From Octopus vulgaris (Eukaryota): 64,000 nucleotides of DNA. The notes below the pieces were generated by a model. It ran no database searches and was not told where the DNA came from. It worked only from the letters and a program-made list of their open reading frames with translations. Positions 35,606 through 49,484 of this stretch are shown here, piece after piece. Every line of letters starts with the position of its first letter. Position 1 is the stretch's first letter. Location of the stretch: assembly GCA_951406725.2 (NCBI GenBank), contig OX597819.1:134602001-134666000 (forward strand). Reading direction: 5' to 3'. Made by a program: the position numbers and the translations under genes.

Positions 35606-36089
35606 AGTGATGATGCCAATGGGATAGCAGTAGTCAGCACTACAGTTGATGTCACTAAGGCTGCTTGATGCAGTGGTGGTGGTGGTGTTATTGGTTCTGC
35701 TGTAGGTTCTGTCCTCGTGTCTACAGCTGTTATGGTTTCTGCCGATGGAATTGGGGCATAACTACAGATTCCTGCCCCCACCCCCGACTTTGGATGAACA
35801 TAACTTTCAGAAAAATTGATATTTTTTAATGAAATTTTCTACAAATATACTATGTAGATTCCAAGAACATAGGAATTTGTGGCAAAAACAATTAGAGGTT
35901 ACTTTTGAGGACCCTTCCCCACTTGGGGGTGTTTCTGAACAAGTTGTCCATATGTTCTACTTCCTCTGTTTTGTGCATCCGTAGATTTCTAGTCCTCACA
36001 CACGTATATATGTAATTAAGACCTTTAGCAAGCTTTTAGCTCACTAATTTTATAAAGTGTTTGGTCATCCTTTGATAGCTGTAGGAATT

Positions 36090-38420
36090 AATCCAGTGAG
36101 GAACAACAACTCGTATGAGTTTTCGAAGACTTCATGTCCATGGAGTATTTATTCCGATCCGGGATGAGAGCATTTTTGCCAACTTGGAAAAGAGGTGTGA
36201 CTCTAACTGCCTGCCATGGTCTGTAGTGATGGTGGTGGGAACACCATAGCATGATATCCATCCTGATACTAGAGCTCACGCTACGGATTCAGAAGTAATG
36301 TCTGTTAACGGAATTGCTTCAGGCCATCGGTTGAGGCAATCAATATGTCAAGATATATGTAAATCCCTGACTGATAGGCCACTGCCCCACAATATCAATA
36401 TGCACATGAGAGAAATGGGCGTCAGGGGATTTAAAAGTACTGAGAGGTGCCCAGATATGCTTGTGCTTTAGACTTTTGGCATTGAAGACAGGTGCAAGAC
36501 CATTCGGTAACATCCCATGTTTGGCCAGAAAAATCTAGCCGTAAAGTGTTTTACCAAGGCCACGATGCCCGGATGAGCCAGATTATGCAAAGCATCAAAG
36601 ACAACCCTGCAGTGCTTCTCCGGAATGAAGGGTCGAGGTGACTCTGTCGATATGTCGCACAAGATGCTCCTGTCAGCAGTTGGTATGGGCAGGTGCTTGA
36701 ATTTACATGTTGCAAATTCAGCAGATGTGGTGTCAGATGAATCCAAAGGAGACTGGTCTGAGGTTAAAACCATTTTAGTCAATTGTAGAAGTGGGTGCGA
36801 ATGAGTTGATTGGCAAACGGGACAAGGCGTCAGCGGCAGTGTTCTGGGTTCCTCAGATATGCTGAATGTTGCTGGTAGACTGGGAAACAAAATCAAGATG
36901 TCTCGTTTACCTTGGCGAATATTTTTCAGGCTTAGACTGTAAGGTGAAAGTAAGGGATTTATGGTCCGTATAGATGGTAAACTGTCTCCCTTCAAGGTAA
37001 TGACAGGAGTGTTTTACTGCCAGGTAAATTGCCCATAATTCACGTCCAAAAGAGCAATAGCGGGTCTCGGTGGGTTGCAGCTGCCGAGAGAAAAATGCCA
37101 AAGGTTGCATATGCTCTTGATGGAACTGTTGCAACGCAGTGCCTATGGCTGTATCTGATGCGTCCATCACAAGTGAAAGCTTTGTGCCATAAACAGAGTG
37201 TGCTAACAGCGAGGTTTGTGCAAGTTCACGCTTTACCATTTGAAAGGGTTCCATTTGGGAAGGTGAAAGTGAAATAGCTTAATTTTTGTTCATTTTTGTT
37301 CTTACGATCCTTTAAAAGCTCAGTAAGAGGAGCAAGGTGATGAAGTCCAGCCCACGAATGACCTCATCTATAAAGCACTGGAATGTACTGGCAGCATTCC
37401 GCAGCCCGAACGGCATTGTCAGAAATTCAGAAGCGCCAAACAGTGTTGTCACAGCAGTTTTAGGGATGTCTTCCGGGTGCACAGGAATCTGATGATAGGC
37501 CTGAACCAGATTGAGCTTAGACAATACTGTACAACCCTGTAAGGATGAAGTCCTGGAGATGAGGGGTCGAATAACGATCCAGGACAGTCATAGCATTTAG
37601 GCATCAGAAATCTCCTGTAGGGTGCCAGTTGCCTGATCCTTTGGGGACCATGTGCAGTGGTGAGGCCCATTGGCTGGTGGAGGGGCAGATAATTCCTAGC
37701 TGGAGAATGTGTTCAAACTCCGCCTTGGCTGCCTTAAGCTTCTCTGGAGGTAGGCGACATGGTTGAGAAAAAACAGGAGGCCCGGTTGTAGCAATAAAAT
37801 GCCTTGTTGAGTGGGCAGGGTTATTCACTTGGATGTTTAGCTTGGTCAGTTCTGGGAAAGAGGTCAAAATAGCCTGATACAGATCACCAGCTGCGGCTTT
37901 GAAGAAAACTGGGCTGGCTGCAGGAGTATTCAATATTCGTCCAGGAATATGGAGGTCTGTGGTGCTGTCTACCATTCTCTGCTTATGAACATCAACCATG
38001 AGGGAAAAATGATGGAGAAAATCTGCACTTAGGATTGGATAGGGCAGATCAGCAATGATAGAAATCCACTTGAAGTCCCACTGAAGGGCCAAATCCAGGA
38101 AAAGAGGGACCTGACTGTATGTTGAAATGAGTGAGTGGTTGACAGCTTGCAGGGTGACGTCTGATAGAGGAGGCTTGTCCTTGACGAATTTCAGTGGCCA
38201 AATACTACAAGTCTCACTGGAATCTACCAGGAAAAATTCGCCTAATCAACGACCTTTAATGAAAAATGCACAGCTCCGGGGATGTGTACTGGGAGCATCC
38301 CGTAGTGGCGTTTCCCTGGCTCAAATAAGAGCATGATTGAATGCACTTCCTAGCATTCCGGCCAAAATGATGATGATACCAGCATAACTTTCACGAGGGG
38401 TCAGGAGGTAAGGCATGTCG
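36090..38420 (-). mobile_element. Decayed Ty3/Gypsy internal region (gag end, protease, RT, RNase H, integrase)
   Basis: CWYHHHFGRNARKC; ILSADFL; WASPLHMVPK; [24 protein letters not shown]; DASD..PLAFFSR..REL..YTDHK; H..AHPG..WPNM; VHIDIVG. Order PR-RT-RH-IN. The YxDD segment appears deleted and no LTRs were seen. Confidence 0.93.
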
Positions 38421-38525
38421 TGTATATATATATATATATATATAAGAAAAGAAATGGAGCAACAATTAACAACTAGAAGTTGATCATAGGTATTAAAAGG
38501 TCATAGTTTAATTGTAGTTCAAGAA

Positions 38526-38604
38526 CATTTACAGCTATTTCAGTTTGTTATTTCGAAGTAAATTTGCATTTATCTCGTTTCATTTAACAAACATTGTCAG
38601 AGTG
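38526..38604 (-). ncRNA. Degenerate hammerhead fold in a (TA)n-flanked short element (38445-38710)
   Basis: Minus strand reads CACU-CUGACAA-UGUUUGUUA...UAACAAACU-GAAA-UAGCU-GUA-AAUG. 8-bp stem II; core differs from CUGACGA by one CpG-type change. Confidence 0.55.
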
Positions 38605-38711
38605 ATTTAGAGTTTATCGGCAGAATATAGATAGGAGAAAAAGGAAAAAAGAAAACAGTGCCTACAGATACATCTATCCCTTAGATGTTACATAACCTCT
38701 AACTCAAAATT

Positions 38712-38778
<67 letters not shown>

Positions 38779-39212
38779 GTGAGTGTGTGTGTGTGTATAT
38801 TTGTGTGTCTGTGTTTGTCCCCCCACCATCACTTGACTACCAATGTTGGTGTGTTGATGTCCCCATAACTTAGCAGTTCGCCAAAAGTGTACAAGGCTTA
38901 CCAAGAATAAGTCCTGGGGTCAATTTGCCCGACTAAAGACGGTGCTCCAGCATGGCTGCAGATGAATGACTGAAACAAGTAAAAAAATAAAAGAATACAT
39001 ATGCATATATATGTGTGCATGTGTTTGTGTGTGTGTGTGTGTAGACATATACATATATGTGTGTGTGTATATATATTCAAAGTAAAGTATGAAGAAACAC
39101 TGGAGGAATAAAAGTAGAATGAGGTAATTTTGCCTCTTGGCTGAAACAGCTGTAAGATATTTTCCAATTTATATTCCTGTATCTTATATTTTAATAATTA
39201 ATGGTATCTTTA

Positions 39213-40250
39213 TATCATCATCATCGTTTACTGTTCGCTTTCCATGCTGGCATGAGTTGGACGATTTGACTGAGGACTGGCGAACCTGATGGCTGCATCA
39301 GGCTCCAATCTTGATCTGGCAGAGTTTCTACAGCTGCATGCCCTTCCTAATGCCAACCACTCCGAGAGTGTAGTGGGTGCTTTTTATGTGCCACCGACAC
39401 GAGGCCCAGTCAGGCGGAACTGGCAATGACCTTGCTCAAATGTTTTTACGTGTGCCACCGGCACAAGTGCCAGTAAGGTGACGCTGGTAGTGATCATGCT
39501 CGAATGGTGCCCTTTTACGTGCCACTGGTATAGAAGCCAGTTAGCCGCTCTGGCAACGATCACACTCGGATTGTGCTCTTAGCACCCTACTAGCACAGGG
39601 TACAAGTGCCAGTAAGGCGACACTGCTAATGATCATACTCGAATGGTGCCTTTTATGTGCCACTGGCACGGAAACCGATTAGCCACTCTGTCGACGATCA
39701 CACTTGTATGGTGCTCTTTGCACCCCGCTTGTACGGATGCCAGTCATCTAATTTGATTTCGATTTCACTTGCCTCAACAGGTCTTCACAATCAGAGTTTA
39801 GTGACCAAAGAAGGAAAAGGTACGCATAAGTGGGCTGGTTATGCTCCTGGCATCGGCCACAGGTGATGGTCTCATTTGGCTTGCCGGGTCTTCTCAAGCA
39901 CAGCATATTTCCAAAAGTCTTGATCGCTAGTCATTTCCTTGGTGAAGCCTAATATTCAAAGGTTGTGCTTCACCACTTCATCCCAGGTCTTCCTGGGTCT
40001 ACCTCTTCCACAGGTTCCCTCAACCACTAGGGTGTGGCACTTTTTCACACAGCTATCCTCATCCATTCTTGCCACATGACCATACCAGCAGTCATCTCTC
40101 TTGCACACCACATCTGATGCTTCTTAGGTCCAACTTTTCTCTCAAGGTACTTACACTCTGTCGAGTATGCACACTGACATTACACATCCATCGGAGCATA
40201 CTGGCTTCTTTTCTTGTGAGCTTACGCATATCCTCAGCAGTCACGGCCCA
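39213..40250 (-). mobile_element. RTE LINE 3' copy
   Basis: WAVTAED and GRPRKTW on the minus strand, expanded hairpin-unit 3' UTR, (ATG)n tail. Confidence 0.9.
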
Positions 40251-40472
40251 TCTTAATATATTTAATATGTAAAGCAGAATATGTTATACATGTATGTATA
40301 TTCTTGTAATTGTCATTTTAGTAAATAAATAAATAAATTGACATAATATAATGTGTAAAAGTTGACGAACCACCGACTGATCCCCTCCATTTTCTTATTG
40401 CTCTCTCTCTATATATATATGCACAACACGACCTTGTAATCTTATTCTTACACTAATATATATATGTGTGAG

Positions 40473-40597
<125 letters not shown>

Positions 40598-40723
40598 GGA
40601 GTAAACACATAAATGTGAAACAAGGTGGAAAAAAGAGTACTCAAATACCAGTGGTAGAGTAATATGCTTTATTTTAAGCAGCAGAAAACAGATTTTGTTG
40701 AATTTTCTGCTGCTTAAAATAAA

Positions 40724-40767
<44 letters not shown>

Positions 40768-40784
40768 ATATATATGTGTGTATA

Positions 40785-40828
<44 letters not shown>

Positions 40829-41190
40829 TGTGTGTGTATATATTCATATATGTGTGTGTATGTATGCATATATGTGTGTGTGTATTTGTGTGTAGAGGGT
40901 GGTATGAATTCACGTGATATTTAATGATGTGCATGAATGTAAATAACCAGATACGAATGGATGTCTGTGTGTCTGCATTCAAGTGTAACAGACAAAGTTT
41001 GAAGCTTTTTGTATGGAATTAGGTTTCATTGTTATTCTTTCACTTGAAACAGTTTTGTTTTTTTTGCTGAGTTTATTGTGAGTGAGGTAAAAAACCAAAC
41101 AAACAAACAAACAAATAGGTAAAACTATTTTCAAGAGAAAAGAAATGAAGATGTCTAACTTAGGCACAGATCTTCAACAGTGGAAGACAT

Positions 41191-41268
41191 GACACAACGT
41201 AGCTGCATTGAAGTAGGACACAGACAGACACAACGTAGCTGCATTGAAGTAGGACACAGACAGACACA
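41191..41268. repeat. 36-bp perfect tandem duplication
   Basis: gacacaacgtagctgcattgaagtaggacacagaca x2. Confidence 0.9.
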
Positions 41269-42070
41269 GTTCAGTGATGAAAGCTATTTTGGTGACTTCC
41301 TGCCGGCAACATTTATTGCAACTGAATTTTATCAAAGTTAGATATTAGCCATCCTCATCACTACAGAATTCCTCTTGGTGAAGGCAAAAGGTTCATTCAA
41401 TCCAAGCAAAAATACCTGTATATGTAAACGAAAATGTAAAAAATAACATGTGGGCTTCGTTCAAAAAACTGACCTGATTGAGCAAAACTAATGTGATTTT
41501 TGGATTTAGCACAAAAGAATTGTCCTAAATCAGCGAAGAAACTTTAGGCAATAAATTTGTTGTTGACAAGTGTTATTCATGCTCAGGTACATGCACACTT
41601 GTACCCAGAGTAATATGTTTATAGTTTATACACACAAACACACACACACACAAACATATATACATATATATATATCAACACAAAAAGGGATTAATAATCC
41701 ACTAGAAATACTTCTTAAGTTCTCAGTGAAAACATTTTATACCAGGCTAACAATAAAGTCTTATGATCAGTCTTGTAGATCAAGTAATCCAAATCAAAGT
41801 CCATTTCCAGTCAAATTTGTTAATCTTTGCTTCTCCTACACAGCTTTTATGGTATGTTTTTACAGAGCGATGCATAAAATGCACAGAAATAATGGATTAT
41901 ATACATTTATCTTATTAATTTTTGGCTTACAGGTGTTTCATCTATGAATTCAGGTGCATTCAAGGCTCAATCTTTTCAATCAGTCAATTAATCAATAAGA
42001 TTGAACCATGAATGCAGCCAAACACATTTAAAATAGTTGTAAGACTGTAATAAATAAAATGTATAAAACC

Positions 42071-42139
<69 letters not shown>

Positions 42140-42142
42140 TTA

Positions 42143-42153
42143 AAATAATAATA

Positions 42154-42218
<65 letters not shown>

Positions 42219-43262
42219 TGTGTACAGTGCTCAGGTGCACTACAACTCATCTAAAGTGTATATATAATCAGGTGTAGTTTCGACGGATTTCGGGAAGCAT
42301 GAGGGCCTTAAAGGATGCAGTGTCATGGCAGTCAACAACTGATGCAGGCAGTTTATTCCACGCTTCAGCAACCCTGAGCGTGAAAAAATGTCTCTGAAAG
42401 CCATGGGAGCTGTGCTGCCTTCTGACTTTGTAAATATGTCCACGGGTGTTGGACACATGGAGATCAAAAAGGTGTTCAGTGTTGTTGTTGGTGAGGTGGT
42501 TGATAACCCTGTGGGTGTTTACCAAGTCCGTCGCCAGACGCCGGAGCTTCAGTGAATCCATGCCCAGGGAAACAAGGCGCTCAGAATATGGTAGGTGTCT
42601 GATGGAGGGTATGCGTTTGGTTGCAAGTCTCTGGACAGATTCCAGGAGGTCAATGTTCTGAGCAAGATAGGGGTTCCAAACTGATGATGCGAATTCCAAG
42701 TGTGGTCGTACCATAGCTGTATACAGTTTTGAATAGATGGCTGGAGAGCGGCTAACAAAAGTCTTGCTGAGTGATGCCAAGACACCCTCGGCCTTCTTGA
42801 CAATTTTAGAGATATGCTTTGTCCAACGCAAATCACTGCTGACAGTGATGCCTAGGTCACGCTCGCAAGAGGATTTCTTGATATCAGTGTTGTGGAGGGA
42901 GTATGAGGACGCAGGGTTTTTTCTCCCAAAATGCATGGTGGTACACTTGTCCACAGCCAGTTTCAGTTGCCAGTCTGTGATCCATTGCTGCATTGTGTCT
43001 AGGTCTGATTGCAGGAAAGAGTTGTAGACATCAGGATCAGTCCTCTTGATTTCAAGGTACAGCTTGATGTCGTCTGCATATTTCAATACTGTGGCATTCT
43101 TTAAATTGGCATCTATGTCATTAATGTATGCCACAAACAGGAGGGGACCAAGGACAGATCCCTGTGGTACACCCGATGACATCTCATATGGTGTAGAGTG
43201 CTGTCCTAGAACTGTGACTACCTCCTTTCGGCTGAGGATGAAGGATTTCAACCAGTTATTTA
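42143..43262 (-). mobile_element. CR1-type LINE 3' third (sister subfamily of 13031-16560) with (TTA)n tail
   Basis: Open frame NWLKSF...GVPQGSVLGP...YADD...AWNKLP...EIRRNYT, closely similar to the 918-aa ORF2. Confidence 0.95.
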
Positions 43263-43544
43263 TATATATATAGTAAAGGAAATAATAATAATAAGGCAGA
43301 ATGCTAAACTGAAAGTAAATTTTAATATAAATGGGTATAAGAAAGATTAAAAAGGATTTCAAACCAGCTTTTATTGCATGGCAATTTTTCAAGATAAGAA
43401 AGGGGAAAAAAAATGTTTTTTTCAAAAAAATAATAGATATATACAAAAATAAATAAATATACCAATACATCATAGTGTCTTTGGTATATTTGGTATATTT
43501 GGTATATTTGGTATATTTGGTATATATGATTTTCTCTCAATACA

Positions 43545-44080
43545 TTTCCACTTTGTTGTACTTGTGCACTGATGTTGCATATCAACAGAGCATACTACCT
43601 TCATTTCTCTCCAGTCTACACATGTCTTCTGCTTTCTGAGCCCATGTCTCACTACCATGGAGTATAGCCGTTCGCATACAAGCATCATATAGTCTACCTT
43701 TCACTTTGAGACAGAGTCTTTTCCTTGCCAACAAAGGTAATGGCTCTCTGAACTTCCTCTACCCAATTCTTATTCTAGAAACAATACTTTCAGAGCATCC
43801 TCCACCATTGCAAATTTGGTTACCTAGGAAACAAAAACTATCTACAACATCAGGAGAGCCTCCTGGGCATTTGAGAGAATCTAATTCCCGTGTGCTTTTA
43901 GTGCTTGTTGTTCCTGCACATCTGCTGCATACAAAGACAACTTTATCTGTTAATCTACCTGTGATTCCACTGCACCTCTTATGTGTCCATAGTTTACACT
44001 GGGTGCAGTGAATGGTATTTCTTCCAACTCCTTTCCTACTTATGGAGGTACATCTTTTTTTCCCACTGATGAAATTATGC
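43545..44080 (-). mobile_element. Divergent RTE fragment (PHD insert to C-terminal domain)
   Basis: Minus strand reads CTQCKLWTHKRCSGITGRL..FVCSRC and FREPLPLL..KVKGRLYDACMR. Confidence 0.8.
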
Positions 44081-44175
44081 TCATCTCACTCAAATGTAAA
44101 TTTAATGTACAAATTTGTAATTAAATTATTGAGGATCAATTGAAATGGCTGTAAGAAGCAAAGATGAACAATTTC

Positions 44176-45665
44176 ATCATCATCATCATCATTATCGTTT
44201 AACGTCTGTTTTCCATCCTGGTATGGGTTGGACAGTTTGACTGGGGTCTGGGAAGCCAGTAGGCTGCACCAGGCTCCAGTCTGATCTGGCAAAGTTTCTG
44301 CAGCTGGATGCCCTTCCTAATGCCAACCATTCCAAGAGTGTAGTGGGTGCTTTTTATGTGCTACCAGCACAGGAGCCAATCAGGCAGTACTGGAATTGCC
44401 CATGTTCAGAAGGTGCTTTTTTATGTGACATTGGCATGGGGTGACACTGGTATTGATTCGCACCCGAATGGTGCTTCTTATGTGGCACCAGCACAGGTGC
44501 AAGTCAGGTGGTACTGGCATCGGCCACAGCTACAATTTCCATCTTGATTTTGATTTTTGATTTTACTTGACTCAATAGGTCTTCTCTAGCACAGCGTATG
44601 GCCCTACAATTCAAGGATACTTTTAAATGGGCTGGTTATGTGACACTGGTATCAGCCATGGCTGTGATCTCACTTTACTTGCCGGGTCTTCTCAATCACA
44701 GCATATCTCCAAAAGTCTCAGTCTCTTGTCATTGCTTCTGTTAGGCCCAATGTTCGATGGTTGTGCTTTACCACCTCATCCCATGTCTTCCTGGGTCTCC
44801 CTGTCTTCCAGGGTTCCTTCCACTGTTAGGGTGCGACACTTCTTCACACAACACATGACCATACCAGTGCAGTCATCTTTCTTGCACATCACATTTAATG
44901 CTTTTTATGTCCAAATGTTCTCTCAGGGCACTCGCACTCTGTCGTGTATACACACTGACATTACACATCCAGCGGAGCATATTGGCTTCATTCCTTGTGA
45001 GCTTCCGTATGTCCTCAGCAGTCACAGCCCATGTTTCACTGTTGTTTAGCATGGCTGTTTGCACACATGCATCATACAGTCTACCTTTCACTCTGAGTGA
45101 GAGGCCATTTGTTACCAGCAGAGGTATGAGCTTTCTGAACTGTTCCCAGGCTATTCTTATTCTAGTGGCAACACTCTCAGAGCATTCACCCCACTACAGA
45201 TTCGGTCATCTAGGGAGTGGAAGCTATCAATTACTTCTAGTTTCTCCCGTTGGCATGTGATGGTATCTGTTTTCTGTACATCTTTGGTGTTTATTGCCCC
45301 TGTGCATTTGCCACACACAAAAACTGTCTTCTCAGTTAACCTTCCTTTGATATTGTTGCACCTCTTATGTGTCCATAGCTTACACCAGGTACATTTTATG
45401 GAGTTTCTACCTACATCTTTTCTACAGATCAAGCAGGGCCATCTACCTGAAGGGGTTTGTGATTTGTCAGCCTTCCTACTTACTAGGACTTTAGTTTTTG
45501 CTAGATCGACTCTAAAGGCTTTTGATTCTAGACCTTGCTTCCATACCTGAAATCTCATCTCTAGTTCTGGTAATGACTCAATTATTAGAGCAAGGTCATT
45601 GGTATAGAAGAGCTTCCAAGGACAGCCTGTCTTGAATTCCTCTGTTATTGCCCGGAGGACTATAG
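44176..45665 (-). mobile_element. RTE LINE 3' copy
   Basis: Minus ORF 45157-45558 with intact C4HC3 insert, ORF 44873-45091, 3' UTR, (ATG)n. Confidence 0.9.
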
Positions 45666-45731
45666 TTAATAATTAATAATTGTTAACTTCCTTATCTTTC
45701 TTTTCTTTTCTTCTTTTAACTGGATACAAAC

Positions 45732-45875
45732 TATTAGGTTGTCCCAAAAGTTTGTAAACACTTGCGAAAATTGAATTTTTACTCGCCAAGTACTAACAAA
45801 AACAACAAAAATTATTCCTCAAAATAAAGACCATTATTTTCCAAGACTTTCTATGAACTTTTGGGACAACCTTAT
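45732..45875. mobile_element. Mariner-type MITE
   Basis: TIR aggttgtcccaaaagtt / aacttttgggacaacct with TA flanks, about 140 bp. Confidence 0.75.
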
Positions 45876-45993
45876 ATATGCTTAATATATATTTATCGTT
45901 TTAAGGGAATTTCATTCCCCAACAATACTAGGTATTGAACCAGTATTTCCTTGGATACAACCATCCATTCACAAGGTTAACACATCCTCTAAT

Positions 45994-46030
<37 letters not shown>

Positions 46031-46409
46031 AACGGCAGAATGTGGATTTGTAAACAATATTATGATATTTGTTGATAGTCAGATGTGTTGTTCCAAAATG
46101 CCCCAGTGGCAGTGTCGGAGGCATTGACTGTGAATGCAGACCAAGCTGATCTATGAGGATGGGACAGCATGATTGCTTTAGCTATGGCTTGTTTTGTGGA
46201 TTTGAAGACTGAGGTCATTGCACTATCCCACTCCACCTGTCTTTTTAAGCCATCTTTTGATAGTGCCTTGCATTAGGGGTCTCATCACTTTTGCTATGGA
46301 AGAGATGAAGCAATGGTAAAAGTTTACCATGCCACAAATTAGTAACTTTGATCATCAAAGCAGCTTATCATGGATCAATAGCTGGAATGTTACCTCTTAC
46401 TTTGAAGGG

Positions 46410-47075
46410 TAGGCGTTTGCAATCCAGGAACAGGAAATATCAACCAAGTACCTGATGCACAAAAGGGAAAGAGATGCAAGAAAAGCAGTAAAATGTGACA
46501 ACCGATACAGACTTTGTGGAGTTTACACTGAAGATATCACCCACATCATAAACAGTTGTCTGAAAATGCCATCACAGTATTATCTACCGATGAGACATGA
46601 TGTTGTAGCTAGGACACTCTATAATGAAACCCGTCGGAAGGATAACCCCGAGAACAAAGAGTGAAGAACCCACAATATGGTAGAAGCCATGGCCACTCAT
46701 AATAATAAAAAGGAATACTGGTGGAATGTCCCAGTGAAGACCTCAATAAAATGTAAGCACAACAGACCTGATATAAGGATTTGGAATAGAGAAGAGAAAC
46801 TGTGCACAGTTGTGGAAATTAGCTGCCCAGTGGATGTTAACATAAAGCTGAACTATTGAGAAATCTGCCGTTATTCTATCCAGATTACAAGTTCAGGTTT
46901 ATACCTGTAATTATTGGGACCCTGGGATATGTAACACACTGCCTAAATACCAATCTTGAGAAATTAGGCTTCTCAAAACCAGAAAAGAGAAAGTTAATTC
47001 AAAGACTACTGATCCAATCCATCACTGGAACTGTAAAAATCTGTGAAACTTTTGAGAAGTTTACCATTTAAATAT
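46410..47075 (+). mobile_element. Non-LTR element C-terminus with zinc knuckle and restriction-like endonuclease (R4/Dong-like)
   Basis: YRLCG...EDITHIINSC...RHDVVA; WWN.PV.T...HNRPDI...VEISCP; IPVIIGTLG. Confidence 0.8.
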
Positions 47076-47238
47076 ATATGATCATGTCTAGATATGCAAC
47101 TATATGCATGAGAAGACATACATAAAACATACATGCATACAAAAATACCTTGTTGTTGATGTTGAAATTCCAGTTCTTTCTTTATTGGCAAGAAATCTTG
47201 AAATATACTGAATAATGATATGCACACACACACACGCA

Positions 47239-47273
<35 letters not shown>

Positions 47274-47289
47274 CTGTATATAAAGCTAC

Positions 47290-47996
47290 ATGTGGGTCGA
47301 CTGAAAAGTATATAGGCTGACCAAAATACTCTCATGGTTTATTTTTCAACTTTGTCCCTCTTGCAATCTACAAACTTTTCCCATCAGTGTTTCAGTGCTT
47401 GGCTCACATTAATGATGAAGCTTTCATCCTGTTGGTCAAAAAAGTCATCAACAGTCGATATGATGTCAGCATTGCTGTGATACTGGTTCACAGCCGAATG
47501 GTTTTTCATGTTGGGGAACAGATGGAATACACTGACCCAATTTGCTGACTTTTCCAATGGTATGCAGGTGTTGATTAATGGTTGAATGACAAACTCCAAG
47601 CTTGTCTGCTAGTTCCTCTACAAGATGAGGCTCATCTTCTGGGTTATAGTTTCTAGCTCGGAATTTCTGGAACTATCATGGACACTGGCTTACACTTATT
47701 GTCCGATCCCCATAGACTGCATTTATGTTCCTCGCACCTTCTTCGGCATTGTGGCCTTTATTGATCTCAAAAAGCAAAATATGCCGAATATGCTCCTTTG
47801 TCACTTCCATTATAACTTTGAAAAAGTAACTGTTAAAATCAAACTGCACTCTTCAAAACTTGCACTAAGAATAACTACAAGGTAAAATTACTACCTGCTT
47901 TTATAGCAAGTTGATGCAGGTAGTTTATTCCGTCCGCCCTCTGACTTTTAGTTCATGCAATTGAAAAAACTGCATTATTTATGGGATGACCTAATA
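47290..47996 (-). mobile_element. Mariner remnants
   Basis: FHLFPNMK...VDDFFDQQDESF..., transposase N-terminus-like RHILLFE, TIR-like tattaggtcatcccataaataatgc. Confidence 0.65.
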
Positions 47997-49484
47997 TTTA
48001 AATGTAACTCTAAGGTAGAAATAGATCAACTGCTCACATACTCAGCTATGTTTGTCATTCTGTATTGAGATAACAGTCAACTAAACTGCCTTAAAAATTC
48101 TTCTTAGGAAATGCTGAAAATATTTATATCATTGGTTTCCAACCTATATATTGTGGCATAATTGAGAAAAGGTCACCAAGATTTTTTTTTTGTTAAATTT
48201 TGAAATGTTCAATAAAATGTAAAATGATCATAAGGTATGTTACACAACAGGCTTAAGTAAGCTATATTTAGGTTGATCCTTACTTGTCACAAATTTCTTG
48301 TGATTGTGCTTCGTAAATGGGAACTGAAAATATCTTATGTTAGCACAAAATAATTATTAGAAATCCAGAAAGAAGTGGGGGTGAATTAAGTTTAGAAGGT
48401 GCTCCTTTGATTTAACATAAATTGATTGTTAAAAAAAACAAAAAACGATTATATTGAACATGATTGCCAATAGAATATTGAGGAAAAAGGAGTGTTCTTT
48501 TCATAATGTGAAGATTTCTGTGTATTTGTGTTGCTTAACAAGGAGAGAGAGAGAGAGAGAGAGAGAGAAAGAAAGAGAGAACATTTGTGTGTTAATGTGT
48601 GCTCTATAAAATAAAAGAAAGTTAGAGACGGGGGAGGGCGAAGAATGTGTAAGCATGTTGAGCCAACAAAGGTAGACAAACCAACGGAAAGCAACTAGTC
48701 TCTCTGATTAAAGTGATTGAATGAATTTCTTTTTATCTCAAATGGGAGGCTCCCAGGTAATAGAGAGTCTTGATCCAATCTTGTGGGATTTTTTGGCACA
48801 TATTTACACCAGCAATAAATCTGACCAATGAGATGAAGCTTAACAATTCCTTCTGTAGTTGTAACAACTATTTCAATAGCTAATGTATATGTTAGAGAAA
48901 TTATAGAGAGCTAATGATAGCAAAAATCACTACATCATTATTTTTCATAACTAGATGTAGAAATTCTTACTTCAAGAAATGTAGTTGTTGATTATGACTG
49001 ATCAGAAAATATCCTCTTTGGCCAGCTATATGGTATTTAAAAGGAGAGAAAATGCAATACAGGATTAAATGGAAGCTTCTGGAACATCGTGGATCACACC
49101 TCAATAGGAATAGATGATGTAAAATTTGCTTGGTTGAAAGAGCCAGAATTCTAAAAAATTCACTTGACCCAGGGGCCTTCTTAAATTCCAAAAGTGGGTA
49201 TTTAGTCATTGTGTTCATGAGAGAAAATTCATGTTGCAGACATGGAATTCCTCACTTGCTGACTAGTGAACAGATATCGTACATAAATTGACCCTTTTGG
49301 GATACAAATGGAACTGGTCAAAGGAGATAACTCCATCTCACCCAACAGGGGCTTTCACTTTGAAGAATTTTGTTTCGGGGTTTTTTCCACAACCTTACTT
49401 TTCAAAACTGCATGTGCCTCTACAAAACCAATGGTAAATTTCTGACTGGCTATAACCAGTGACTACATTAAAAATACATATATC

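Larger units (their letters stand above)
34300..35765 (-). mobile_element. Penelope-like element 3' part: Ser/Asn/Thr-rich linker plus GIY-YIG endonuclease split by a CAG/CAA tract
   Basis: Minus frame in register with plus ORF 34538-35317 reads NVNRCRV...(S/N)n...RKYIRYMGNSFEKCLSKHKSSFR...TSLASHVRQLKE.GI.HSI, then CKLCI..ILK and ILNSRTEIF. Same motif order as the endonuclease at 6835-7265. Confidence 0.7.

Noticed and set aside
32338-36010. One large Helitron spanning the region (hairpin cccggtttcacccgg at left)
   Set aside because: Termini are not canonical and the two ends cannot be linked from this window alone.
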